In this document: one piece after another, positions 9,913-19,110 of the stretch
Layout of the letters: every line of letters begins with the position of its first letter
Numbering within the stretch: position 1 is the stretch's first letter
Sequence record: NC_041994.1
Length of the DNA stretch: 64,000 nt
Strand: one strand, 5' to 3'
Made by a program: the position numbers and the translations under genes
Notes under the pieces: generated by a model
What the model saw: the letters and a program-made list of their open reading frames with translations, nothing else
The model's database searches: none
What the model was told of the DNA's origin: nothing

Positions 9913-10233
9913 ATGCATTTAGAATTGATTCTGCCTGATCCGGTAGAAGAAGCCCGCAAGACGTTCCTTGGCGATATCGTCAACATGCGTGAAGCGGCTA
10001 TTCTTCTGTACGCCACTAACCGTGATGATCCTTTCATCGGTCCTGTAGCCAACGCTGTCAACTACGTCACCGGCCAGTTCTTCGAGTACCTCGATGGTGG
10101 TGAGTTGCACAATGCGGGTTACACCGTGTTGCCGAACCAGATGATCCGTCGGGGCACTGAAGGTGTCCTGCCGAACATCGCAGGGGATCTGCGTAGCACC
10201 TATGATTCCCTGTTCGAGGACATCAACGACTGA
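9913..10233 (+). CDS. IN-x paralogue family, tandem copy 3
   Basis: SD gaggtg. LPDP...FEYLDG...YTVLP...NIAGDL...FEDIND. Confidence 0.85.
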   Translation: MHLELILPDPVEEARKTFLGDIVNMREAAILLYATNRDDPFIGPVANAVNYVTGQFFEYLDGGELHNAGYTVLPNQMIRRGTEGVLPNIAGDLRSTYDSLFEDIND

Positions 10234-10241
10234 GGTGTGTC

Positions 10242-10652
10242 ATGAAAGCCGATAAAGAGTCACCCTTGGGGCAAGCACTCAACCGTGCCGCCACCGAGGC
10301 GCTGGAAGGCCGTCCCGATGTACTACACCAACCACGTGTGGATTTTATCGAGAAGGTCTTAGACGCTCGCGACGACGCCTATGAAGACTTCGCGTGTGTG
10401 ATGCCGCCTGAGTTCCACGAACCAGTCCATAAGGCGATCACATCGGCTGTGGTAAAGACGTTGGGTGTTTTGGACGACGGTTACGTGTTATTGCCAAGTA
10501 TTGACCGCCTGGTAGAATCGGAGGCCGCGTATCTGGTCGTCCCGATCCGACCACACACGGAGGGTCCTCGGGCGATAGACACCAAGACGTTCAATGTCGC
10601 TGGCGATCTGGCAGTGATCTTCTCCACGATCTACGATGACGTCAATAACTGA
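10242..10652 (+). CDS. IN-x paralogue family, tandem copy 4
   Basis: TLGVLDDGYVLLP...NVAGDL...YDDVNN. Confidence 0.85.
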   Translation: MKADKESPLGQALNRAATEALEGRPDVLHQPRVDFIEKVLDARDDAYEDFACVMPPEFHEPVHKAITSAVVKTLGVLDDGYVLLPSIDRLVESEAAYLVVPIRPHTEGPRAIDTKTFNVAGDLAVIFSTIYDDVNN

Positions 10653-10659
10653 GGTGAGT

Positions 10660-10980
10660 ATGGACGTAAAGATCGAAGTTCCAGATCCCATACAGCGGGA
10701 GCGTCAATTCCTCCTGATGCAAATCTGGGACGTCCGTAACGATGTTCTGGATTTGGTCGGTCCAAACTTCGAAGACAACCAGGCAACATTTGTCGTGGAA
10801 GCAATTGACAAAACCATCGATGGGGTGTTGGGAATACTCGACGGTGTGGATCATCAACCCAAAGACTACGTGCTCCTACCGCGCCACTTCTTCAAAGCTG
10901 ACGAACGACTGCCTAACATGAATGGTAACCTCGCCGAAACCTTCGAAAAGATGTTCTTGACCATCAACGAAGACGACTGA
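10660..10980 (+). CDS. IN-x paralogue family, tandem copy 5
   Basis: VPDP...GVLGILDG...YVLLP...NMNGNL...FLTINEDD. Confidence 0.85.
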   Translation: MDVKIEVPDPIQRERQFLLMQIWDVRNDVLDLVGPNFEDNQATFVVEAIDKTIDGVLGILDGVDHQPKDYVLLPRHFFKADERLPNMNGNLAETFEKMFLTINEDD

Positions 10981-11020
10981 CATAGACCTGCCCTACGGGG
11001 CAGGCCCTATGCTTTTTATT
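10981..11020 (+). terminator. CATA-flanked hairpin terminator closing the paralogue array
   Basis: cata-GACCTGCCC-tacg-GGGCAGGCC-c-tatg-cttttt. Confidence 0.8.
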
Positions 11021-11037
11021 TAACTCAAACTGAGGTT

Positions 11038-11045
11038 TATATCAT
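11038..11045 (+). promoter_or_regulatory. putative early promoter variant TATATCAT
   Basis: Preceded by aaactgagg, exactly as at 4039-4047. Confidence 0.6.
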
Positions 11046-11092
11046 TCCTGCGTAGTACCTAACTATTAACCAAACAACCAGGGAGTTACTCC

Positions 11093-11695
11093 ATGATCGT
11101 TTCAGAGTTACGAGATCGTCTCATCGGTAAGCTCAGTCATGCTTACAAGGTGAATGATCGTGCTCACCAGATCGGGCATTTTAATGCCGTTGATGTGTGT
11201 GGGAATGAAATCAACAATCGCCTGCAATTGGGTTATGACCCGAAGTTGATTATGTTGGTGGCTTACACCCATGACTTGTTTGCATGGTCTCGGGTGAACC
11301 ATCACATCTTGAGCTCTCAGTTTGTGCTCACCAGTGACATCACTCACTTCACTGAACTGGATGCTAAAGATCGCATCTTGGTGGCAGCGGGTTGTATGGA
11401 ACATCGTGCTTCACGCAAGGAAGGTTTCTCTTCTGAGTTTGCGAAGCTGATGAACTGTGCAGATCGTGAACTACCGGGTGATGTGTCAGCGATGTTGGAG
11501 CGTGCTATTCAATATCGACTATCCGATGAATGCATGGAAGATGAAGCGTACTCACGGCAGAAGGTGTATCCTGCTGCGGTAGCACACATCAAAGAGAAAT
11601 TCGGTACAGGTGGCTATGCCAGCTATCCGGATCTCTACCTCCAGTGCTTTGAGCGTGAGCTCAATCAGCAACGTGAAGACATCAAAAACCTGTAA
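11093..11695 (+). CDS. HD-domain phosphohydrolase
   Basis: AHQIGH...AYTHDL...MEHRAS...CADR. Confidence 0.8.
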   Translation: MIVSELRDRLIGKLSHAYKVNDRAHQIGHFNAVDVCGNEINNRLQLGYDPKLIMLVAYTHDLFAWSRVNHHILSSQFVLTSDITHFTELDAKDRILVAAGCMEHRASRKEGFSSEFAKLMNCADRELPGDVSAMLERAIQYRLSDECMEDEAYSRQKVYPAAVAHIKEKFGTGGYASYPDLYLQCFERELNQQREDIKNL

Positions 11696-11705
11696 GGGGA
11701 ACATC

Positions 11706-11933
11706 ATGAACAATGGTATTCAAAGTGCTTTCGAAAACGCCATGGCTGAGTCCCTCGGCTTTGTATCGGTCCAGGCAGTGCTCGATGCTGTCCCGCCAGA
11801 TAAACAGTTGACTGGTAACCCCACCCAACAAGATCGCATTAACCATGCATTCGCCATTGCATTCGGGTTCGACAGCACCCAGGACATGGTGGATGCACAA
11901 GGCATGCGTGGTCGCAAGGGACTGTCAGCATAA
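11706..11933 (+). CDS. hypothetical protein
   Basis: SD aagggg; TAATG coupling to the next gene. Confidence 0.7.
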   Translation: MNNGIQSAFENAMAESLGFVSVQAVLDAVPPDKQLTGNPTQQDRINHAFAIAFGFDSTQDMVDAQGMRGRKGLSA

Positions 11934-12223
11934 TGCTGTCGGTCCGATTAGATGATGAATCGGATTCGTACCTGAGGAAGTTGGCGACGCAGGAAGACCG
12001 CACCGTCAACAACCTCATCAAGCGAATCATCAAGGATTACGCCAGCCGTAATCCACTCGACGCAGATGCGCCTCAAATGCACATGCTTCGAGATTCCAAA
12101 GCACACAAATGGCGTTTGGTCGCCGAGGGTATCGATTTGGGTATTCTCACACTGGATGCTAATGGCGGCTTAGTATTGTCGCTGGACATCAACCAACTCA
12201 AACAGGATAGCCCATGTCCGTAA
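11933..12223 (+). CDS. ribbon-helix-helix (CopG/Arc-like) DNA-binding protein with C-terminal extension
   Basis: LSVRLDDESDSYLRKLATQEDRTVNNLIKRII. Confidence 0.75.
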   Translation: MLSVRLDDESDSYLRKLATQEDRTVNNLIKRIIKDYASRNPLDADAPQMHMLRDSKAHKWRLVAEGIDLGILTLDANGGLVLSLDINQLKQDSPCP

Positions 12224-12609
12224 CATTCGTGGCCTACAGCAAGAAGCGTCAATTCGATGAAACCAACATCATGGAACTGTTGTGCTACATCCCGTTCTGC
12301 GATAATAAAAAGTTCACTGGTTTTGCTGGCGTGGTACCGCTTAAAGACTTCGAAGGGTGGTTTGCCACAGCGTACACGTTCAACGATCAAACTCACCACA
12401 GTGACGATCTGTATGCTGTCTTCGAGGTCGATGCTGTAAATGAGTGTACTGACGCTGTTCGAAAACTACGCGAACAGGCCGGTGTGGATGTCGCCGACGC
12501 ATACGAGACCGCCATTGGCGCCACTTTCGTATACACCAATGGGGCGGGCCCCCTGCGTACCGCATTCGCCGAAACACAACGCAGCAGTCTCAAAGGGGTT
12601 CCACAATGA
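12214..12609 (+). CDS. hypothetical protein
   Basis: Coupled ORF in the operon. Confidence 0.7.
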   Translation: MSVTFVAYSKKRQFDETNIMELLCYIPFCDNKKFTGFAGVVPLKDFEGWFATAYTFNDQTHHSDDLYAVFEVDAVNECTDAVRKLREQAGVDVADAYETAIGATFVYTNGAGPLRTAFAETQRSSLKGVPQ

Positions 12610-12971
12610 GTGCCTACACTTACACCAGCGTACAACTGATGGCTGAGTCCGATGAAGCCGGTCTGCTTGAGATCCTGGCCCTCGCGGACAGTCTCGGTCT
12701 TCAACACACTGGGGTTATCCATCTTCCTCATAACGGTAATCGCTTCGCGGTCATTATGCCGTCGGGCAGTAAAGCCCATTGGCCTGATGAAGCGGTGCAC
12801 CTGACCAACACCAAGCGGATCATTGACGCGGTGGAGGCGTACAACGTCAAAGAAGGTGGTGCCTTCATCAAAGCCCTCCAGACTACCGTGATGGAGAACG
12901 AAGGCGCGGGTGATCGCTACTTCAACCGTATCGACGCGTTCGTCGGTAACACCGACTACGTGGAGGAATAA
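12606..12971 (+). CDS. hypothetical protein
   Basis: ATGA overlap with the upstream gene. Confidence 0.7.
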   Translation: MSAYTYTSVQLMAESDEAGLLEILALADSLGLQHTGVIHLPHNGNRFAVIMPSGSKAHWPDEAVHLTNTKRIIDAVEAYNVKEGGAFIKALQTTVMENEGAGDRYFNRIDAFVGNTDYVEE

Positions 12972-12973
12972 CC

Positions 12974-13621
12974 ATGATGCATCCATTCAAGCACCGCGGC
13001 ATTAGCCGTGACGTGCAAGGCATCATCAACCAACTCAAGGACACACTCGGTAATGTGATTGGGTTAGTGTCTGGAGCGGACACCATGGCCCATGCCGTTG
13101 ATGAAGACGGCATCCTGAGCGTGTTCTGGAAAGGGCTACTCAGCTTCAAGATCGACATGGCTCGCAACTGGTCGCCGGAGTTCACCGGTAGCCTGATGCG
13201 CATCGAGATCGGTACCATTGTCGAGTGGTACGCACGCGATCTGGAAAAACCAATGGAGTTGGACGAAGGGACAAATTGGTTCCTGAAGTTCGAAAGCTTC
13301 TACGGCATCCATCGTCGTGTATTCCGTAAACTGGGTCCTGAATACGACAAGATCGAAAAGGCGTTCGAGGACGAACTGTCGGCTAACGGCGAAACAGTCT
13401 GGCCTGTGATCGTCCATATCCTCAAGGCCCGTAACTGGATCTTAGAGAACCACCATTACGAGCTCGAAAAGATCGACGACATCACCTACCGCATCACCGG
13501 TGTAGACCCGAAATTACCGACGGGGTATTACACGGTCGAGTTCCGTTTCCGCGGCGTGATTGAAGACGCCATGCTCAAGGCATGTCTGGACGAGCCTGAA
13601 GGCAAAGACCTACCTGAGTGA
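12974..13621 (+). CDS. hypothetical protein
   Basis: SD ggagg; 215 aa. Confidence 0.75.
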   Translation: MMHPFKHRGISRDVQGIINQLKDTLGNVIGLVSGADTMAHAVDEDGILSVFWKGLLSFKIDMARNWSPEFTGSLMRIEIGTIVEWYARDLEKPMELDEGTNWFLKFESFYGIHRRVFRKLGPEYDKIEKAFEDELSANGETVWPVIVHILKARNWILENHHYELEKIDDITYRITGVDPKLPTGYYTVEFRFRGVIEDAMLKACLDEPEGKDLPE

Positions 13622-13698
13622 GTTATCTGTGTGGCTACCCGTTGGGGTAGTCGCATATACCCGGGGCTTAGGCCCCACCCTAGCTGAGGCTAACTGTA

Positions 13699-14520
13699 AT
13701 GAAATCGATGTCAGGCTGCTCGATGTTTGAACGTTTGAAAACCGCCATTGCTAAAGTAAAGGCGGACAACAAGAAATGGTTCCCGTATCTACTGGTACCC
13801 ATGATCGAAGAACCCACGGTTGGTGATGCTGAGCACCATGGCTGGAGCAATCGTCAGGCCGGGATGATCAGCATCCGTAACAACTATTCATGGCATGGCG
13901 AGGTTACCATCGCCCTGCTTGACAATATCCGGCCGGATACACGTAAGGCGTTAGATGCGCGCGGGCCAACCAGTATCGCCAAGATCAACAGTGAGCAGAA
14001 GTATCGCGGGCAGTTCCTCAAACCCTACGCGAATGGAAGCTTCAGCGGTTCTGAAGCAGCACGCCAGATTATGGGTGCGCTAGCTGAACAACTGGAGACC
14101 GAAGGTTGGACGGTATCGCATTGGCATGCTGATGCAGGACCGGCGTCGACACCGGATCGACGGGTGTCGTTGATGCTGTACAACTACGATCTCAACACGT
14201 TGGCCACAATCTACTGCAACATCATTGCGGCAGAATGGCAGGACCCTGAGTTGGCGCCCTTCCGTATTAAGGGTACCTTCTATAAGTCCATCAAGAATCA
14301 TACCTACAAACCCCACACTGTCGAAGAGCTTCGGTTGTTCTTCGGTGAGGTGTTACCGAGTGTCAGTTATAGCTCAGCAGCTGCGTTCCACAACAAGTAC
14401 GCCGAGCTAACAGCACAAGGGTGGACCGTCCATGCGTTTACCAGCGATGGTCGTTTCTACAAGCTGTTCATGGTCGATGCACACAAAGACCGTGTGAAGA
14501 TCCTGTTCCACAAGATGTGA
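13699..14520 (+). CDS. hypothetical protein
   Basis: 273 aa ORF between hairpins. Confidence 0.75.
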   Translation: MKSMSGCSMFERLKTAIAKVKADNKKWFPYLLVPMIEEPTVGDAEHHGWSNRQAGMISIRNNYSWHGEVTIALLDNIRPDTRKALDARGPTSIAKINSEQKYRGQFLKPYANGSFSGSEAARQIMGALAEQLETEGWTVSHWHADAGPASTPDRRVSLMLYNYDLNTLATIYCNIIAAEWQDPELAPFRIKGTFYKSIKNHTYKPHTVEELRLFFGEVLPSVSYSSAAAFHNKYAELTAQGWTVHAFTSDGRFYKLFMVDAHKDRVKILFHKM

Positions 14521-14577
14521 CGGCATAAAGGCGGGGGCTTCGGCCCTCGCTCTTATTCTTTTTTGTTTGGAGAATGC

Positions 14578-15108
14578 ATGAATATCATCGAGGCGTTTAA
14601 ACGCTGTCCACCGGGCTACTCCATCAAAGACCGTCGTTCCGGTTGGAATGAGTACCACGTTCAATACGGTCGTAATGAAAAGGGTGAGCTGTATTGGACC
14701 GCCGGTATGACGGTGGGTGGGATACTGAACCCTACCGACGTCACCGTAGCGCGCTACAAAGGCGATGACTACGAAGTCTACATGTGGGGTCAACGTGAGC
14801 CTGCAACGATCCTACCGACGTTTGAGCAGGCCTACGCAGAGATTGCCAAGAACTCTGTAGAGACCCATGGCAAGAACCTTGTGGGCAAGATCCACAGTAC
14901 GGTTACTGAGCGCATGAATGCCAGCATCGCCAGTGGCGTCGATCCCGTGGTAGCAAAAGATCTGGTAATGGGGACTACCCGAGACATCTTGGGTATTCTG
15001 GACACGAAGGCTGAGGTCAATCATGTCTATCGGATCGCTCGAAACAAGTACAACGCCCCCAATATGGCGGGTGGGTTGTTGGCCATGTTTGACGAGATAA
15101 ATGGCTGA
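14578..15108 (+). CDS. IN-x family member fused to an unrelated N-terminal domain
   Basis: C-terminus TRDILGILD...YRI...NMAGGLLAMFDEING. Confidence 0.8.
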   Translation: MNIIEAFKRCPPGYSIKDRRSGWNEYHVQYGRNEKGELYWTAGMTVGGILNPTDVTVARYKGDDYEVYMWGQREPATILPTFEQAYAEIAKNSVETHGKNLVGKIHSTVTERMNASIASGVDPVVAKDLVMGTTRDILGILDTKAEVNHVYRIARNKYNAPNMAGGLLAMFDEING

Positions 15109-15127
15109 TTCCAGTATTCCCTAGACC

Positions 15128-15135
15128 TATATAAC
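15128..15135 (+). promoter_or_regulatory. putative early promoter variant TATATAAC
   Basis: Intergenic, preceded by acc as in other copies. Confidence 0.45.
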
Positions 15136-15191
15136 GGGCTTGAGTAACCCCGTTAAACGGACACCTTTAAGGCATCCCTAAGGACTAAGTC

Positions 15192-16409
15192 ATGAACCTA
15201 CCGCAACCAACACACGACGCTAACGGCGAGCGTATCCCTTATTCATCCCTTCCTAAAAACGAACCTACCGGTCGGGGTATGATCAACCCAGCACATCTGG
15301 TCATGTTGGAAAAGACGGGCGAAGACCACACTCAACGCGAAAGCCCTATCCGTGCGTTCGGTGAATCAGAATCCCGGCAGAGCATCAGCCGTATGAACGT
15401 CGATCGACTGTTCGAGCAGTATGCCCAATCTACACTGGGTGCTGGTGAAGGCGTGCTCACCCGTCTGAATGACCTCGGACGTCCTGAGTTCGTCAAGCTG
15501 GGTCAGATTGAGCAGGTTATCATGGGTCGTGGTGATAAGTCCATGGTTTACCCTAAGGAGCCCCTGAAGAACGCCGAGTACTTCAATCGCAAGATGGAGC
15601 TCACCGCACACAATGCGGACTTCGACGGCAATGCACTGAGTGGTCCACCTCCTGAACCGGAACGCAATATTCCACGGTTCATCTTCGAGCACAACACGAT
15701 CCTTTACCGCGACCTGGCTGATCTCACAGTCAAGGTACGGTTGCCGTATAAGGAGTGTTTGTTTGTCCAGCAGCTTTATGCTGACCTGCCTGAACCGACT
15801 GCCCCGAAGACGATGCAGGAACACTGGATTGCCGAGAACAATCCTAAACCACAATGGCCTAACACCTACGAGATCTACGCACTGGAACTCTCGGAAACCA
15901 AGATCTTCTTTGTGTTCGATCTGTACGGTGAGAAGATCAGTGTGCAGGTCAATCGGTTCCGCAGCAAGGCTAACCCTGAGCATTGCGAATACCGTGCGTA
16001 TCTGGTGGAAGGTCCTGATAAGCAACTACCCGCTGATCACGAACACCAAGCAAACTTCAAAGATCCAGCCTTCCGCACCGTAGCGCCTGTACTTGCATTC
16101 TTGGAAGGTATGTCGCAGGGTGTTTATACACTGGAGCGAGAAGGTGTTCAAGTACCGCCGAGCATGGTGCCACCTCCTGCGAAGGAAGGTATCGAGTTCA
16201 AGGTACGCAGTCTGATCCCGAATCAACCGGTGAAAGAATCGGTTTGTTTGGGTGGTACGCATGCTTCGCCTCGCGAGCACCATCGTCGTGGTTACTGGCG
16301 TCGCAGTGCTAGCGGTAAGAAAGTGTGGATCGGTCCTGTTGTGGTTAACAAAGGCAAGACCGAAGGGAAGATCATCAAAGATTATCAAATTGTGGACCCT
16401 ACGAAATGA
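15192..16409 (+). CDS. hypothetical protein with an NADFDGN segment and a C-terminal SPREHHRRGYWR motif
   Basis: Both motifs read directly from the translation; function unknown. Confidence 0.8.
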   Translation: MNLPQPTHDANGERIPYSSLPKNEPTGRGMINPAHLVMLEKTGEDHTQRESPIRAFGESESRQSISRMNVDRLFEQYAQSTLGAGEGVLTRLNDLGRPEFVKLGQIEQVIMGRGDKSMVYPKEPLKNAEYFNRKMELTAHNADFDGNALSGPPPEPERNIPRFIFEHNTILYRDLADLTVKVRLPYKECLFVQQLYADLPEPTAPKTMQEHWIAENNPKPQWPNTYEIYALELSETKIFFVFDLYGEKISVQVNRFRSKANPEHCEYRAYLVEGPDKQLPADHEHQANFKDPAFRTVAPVLAFLEGMSQGVYTLEREGVQVPPSMVPPPAKEGIEFKVRSLIPNQPVKESVCLGGTHASPREHHRRGYWRRSASGKKVWIGPVVVNKGKTEGKIIKDYQIVDPTK

Positions 16410-17197
16410 TCTCTAAACGTTTACCTCAACCTTACGTTGCACCTAAACCAGCCTGCCGGGCTTTCATCGACTTTGAGTTCAACGGTAAAGGCGGTCGCGT
16501 ACTGTCGGCGGCTATCGTTACCGAAAGCGGGGCAGAGTGGTACGAGGTCATGGACTACACCGATATTGACGTCGTGCCATGGGTGGCTGAGAACTGCCTT
16601 CCTAATCTGGGTAAGGAGCCGATCTCGGCTGCTGCGTTCCAGGCTTCGTTCGAGGAGTTCATCAATCAGTTTGGGTACATCGAGTTCATGTACAACGCCC
16701 ACGCTGATCGTCGTTATCTCGACGAGTTGCTGCTCAACATGCCGCAACAGCCATTGCATCGCTGTGTTCGCGATGGCTTCTTGTCGGCGCGTTCTTCACT
16801 GATTCCTCACAATGCCTTGGCTGATGCCCGGGCTATTGTGGCTCAGGTTTGTGGTAGCGCTGAGTTTCGTGATGAACTCCCAGTCGGTCCAACCGAGCGG
16901 GACATGTTCAAAGCGATGTGGGCTAAGGGTTATCGTTTCGATGCCCGTGATGTCCGACTCACGCTGACTAAGGTCGAGCAGCACGACGGTAAGCCTTATG
17001 GTCACCGTGCTCAACTTGAAATCGCAGCATTCGAACAAGGCCTGAGCATCATGGATCTGATCCATCGTGATCCAACGGCGGTGTTCTGCACTGGCGTCGT
17101 CGAGATCACCCCGATCCACAATCGCAGTAATGCATCAGCTATACCGATGCATGGTGTGACCACGCTTCCCATCTACTTCTACATCCGTAAGGACTGA
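16406..17197 (+). CDS. DEDD 3'-5' exonuclease (Rv2179c-like) with C-terminal extension
   Basis: FIDFEF, PWVAENCLPNL, HADRRYL and PHNALADARA. Confidence 0.8.
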   Translation: MISKRLPQPYVAPKPACRAFIDFEFNGKGGRVLSAAIVTESGAEWYEVMDYTDIDVVPWVAENCLPNLGKEPISAAAFQASFEEFINQFGYIEFMYNAHADRRYLDELLLNMPQQPLHRCVRDGFLSARSSLIPHNALADARAIVAQVCGSAEFRDELPVGPTERDMFKAMWAKGYRFDARDVRLTLTKVEQHDGKPYGHRAQLEIAAFEQGLSIMDLIHRDPTAVFCTGVVEITPIHNRSNASAIPMHGVTTLPIYFYIRKD

Positions 17198-17199
17198 AC

Positions 17200-17769
17200 A
17201 TGATTCACTCGTATGGTAAACCGGTAGGCCCTGTCGTATTTCCTGAATTCAAGGGCACGCAGATCCACATGCGCCCTATCGAAATGGGGAAAGATATTCC
17301 TGAGCACTATGTTCCGATCGTTTCGGCGATGCTACGTGGTGCTGCTCCGGTGATCGAGCGTCTACATGGTGGTCGCGCGGCAGCGCAGTGGTTCCTGACC
17401 ATTGACGAACGCGATATCCCGGCTGGTCAATGTCATCGTCGGGGTGGGGTGCATTACGACGGGGTGTATCTGTACACCCAAGACAAAGACCCACGCTGGA
17501 ACACCATGTCTGATCTGCGGGCGATGGCACGTGGTGGTATCGTGTTGGCGGCCAGTGCTGTGGGTGGTCGTTGCTGGAACGGTACGCTGTACGGTGAAGC
17601 AGGTCCTGGGGGTGACTGCGAACACCTGCGCGATCAGCTTAAAGAATTGACCGAGTTCGATTTGGAACCGAACGTGATCTATACGGGCAATGCGATGTTC
17701 CTCCATGAGTCGATACCGGTGGTCGAAGACACCCGTCGTCAGCTCGTTCGTTTGACTTACACTCTCTAA
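17200..17769 (+). CDS. 2OG-Fe(II) oxygenase-fold protein
   Basis: VHYDG (HxD), FLHES (distal His), RQLVRL. Confidence 0.75.
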   Translation: MIHSYGKPVGPVVFPEFKGTQIHMRPIEMGKDIPEHYVPIVSAMLRGAAPVIERLHGGRAAAQWFLTIDERDIPAGQCHRRGGVHYDGVYLYTQDKDPRWNTMSDLRAMARGGIVLAASAVGGRCWNGTLYGEAGPGGDCEHLRDQLKELTEFDLEPNVIYTGNAMFLHESIPVVEDTRRQLVRLTYTL

Positions 17770-17777
17770 GGAAAGCC

Positions 17778-18278
17778 ATGAAATACGTTTTGGGTGCTGT
17801 GTTTTCGGTGTTGATCGGTTTGGCATCGTCAGTGGACTTCACGTACGCTGCGGTATCAATCAGTCCGGCTCGGGTGAGCATCCCAGTACGGGTGTCTACA
17901 CCTAGTGCTCGGGTTTCTACCCCGACTCCTTCAGTGCGTTCTTCTACGCCGCGGGTATCGACCACATCGAACAGTACCAACATGCTGCCGATGTACATGC
18001 TGTTGCCGGTGATCGCAGCCAGTAGCAGTGCATCACACGCATCGACTGAAGCCGACACGGTTGAGGTGGCCACACCAATGCTGACGGTGTGTACTACTGA
18101 ACAATACGTCAAGGCACAACAGTGGCAAGAAGATTGTCGTCAGGTTAAAGACATTCCTTACCACATGTGTCCGATCCTGTCGTACTTCCGTCAGTGCAAG
18201 GAAGCCACGCCAGATGACGTGAAAGGTCTGTTGCCTGCTAAGGCTAACTACCGCCACGTCTATATAAAGCCGAACTGA
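17778..18278 (+). CDS. exported/membrane protein with RVS[TI]P repeats
   Basis: Hydrophobic N-terminus, Ser/Thr/Pro/Arg-rich repeat, three Cys in the C-terminal part. Confidence 0.75.
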   Translation: MKYVLGAVFSVLIGLASSVDFTYAAVSISPARVSIPVRVSTPSARVSTPTPSVRSSTPRVSTTSNSTNMLPMYMLLPVIAASSSASHASTEADTVEVATPMLTVCTTEQYVKAQQWQEDCRQVKDIPYHMCPILSYFRQCKEATPDDVKGLLPAKANYRHVYIKPN

Positions 18279-18322
18279 TTCAAGGGGCCTTCGGGCCCCG
18301 TTTCTGCCATCTGGAGCATGAC

Positions 18323-18739
18323 ATGAAGTTGGAAGAACTTTTGGCCAAGGGTATTCGTACCCAAGACAGTGGACAGTTTCTACGCAGTGCCGGTATGGGT
18401 ATAGGTGAGGATACCTTTGAGATCTTGCGTGCTTACGCCCTGTACTCACGATGCGAACGCATGGTGTGGGTTGCAGGGAGTTTGATCCGTACACGACTGC
18501 TCAATCGGGAATACCTCGGGACACCCAAAGAGTTCAAGCGCACTCAAAACACAGACCCTCGTATCTTCGGACAGATCCGCTATGCTGATGTTTACTGCTT
18601 CGGTGATTCGAAGCTGTACAACAAAGACACGCTGATCGCCGTCACGCTGGACAAAGAAGACAACGTGATCGAGTACTGTGGTGTGCGCATTGACACCGAC
18701 CGAGAAGAATCATGCCGCATGAAGTCAGCGACAAAGTAG
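18323..18739 (+). CDS. hypothetical protein
   Basis: SD ggag. Confidence 0.7.
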   Translation: MKLEELLAKGIRTQDSGQFLRSAGMGIGEDTFEILRAYALYSRCERMVWVAGSLIRTRLLNREYLGTPKEFKRTQNTDPRIFGQIRYADVYCFGDSKLYNKDTLIAVTLDKEDNVIEYCGVRIDTDREESCRMKSATK

Positions 18740-19110
18740 ATTACAGTTTCGTTTACCACAATGTCGAAGGTGTGGATATGCCTGGGCGTATCGACATCAT
18801 CGAACGGTTCGGGGTCTGTATGGACAACGACTGGAAACGTATCCCTGAAGGCCGAGCCGATGGGTACTTTGGGTTGTGGCATAACGACGCGATGATTGGT
18901 GTGTGGTACTTCACCATCGTCGACGGGTTGGTTGGACCTAAGCGGGCACACTTGTTGGATTGGCCTGCGCTGTTCAAGGACTTGCAACAAACGCTCGCTG
19001 CTTATATGCCGCCTGACTATTACCTAGACGGCTGTCGGGTGCGGGCCGGTTGTGCACCACACCTGACGCAATTCCAACCCGGATCTACTTCAACTATCAT
19101 TTTGTTCTGA
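18712..19110 (+). CDS. hypothetical protein
   Basis: Overlapping operon ORF. Confidence 0.65.
   Translation: MPHEVSDKVDYSFVYHNVEGVDMPGRIDIIERFGVCMDNDWKRIPEGRADGYFGLWHNDAMIGVWYFTIVDGLVGPKRAHLLDWPALFKDLQQTLAAYMPPDYYLDGCRVRAGCAPHLTQFQPGSTSTIILF

Noticed and set aside
9253-10980. IN-x ends as intein or Hint splice junctions, or as ssrA-like degrons
   Set aside because: No penultimate His or Hint blocks, and the acidic ends do not resemble the LAA ClpX degron.
15192-16409. Functional RNA polymerase beta-prime subunit
   Set aside because: The motif is DFDGN rather than DFDGD, and the rest of the protein lacks polymerase features.
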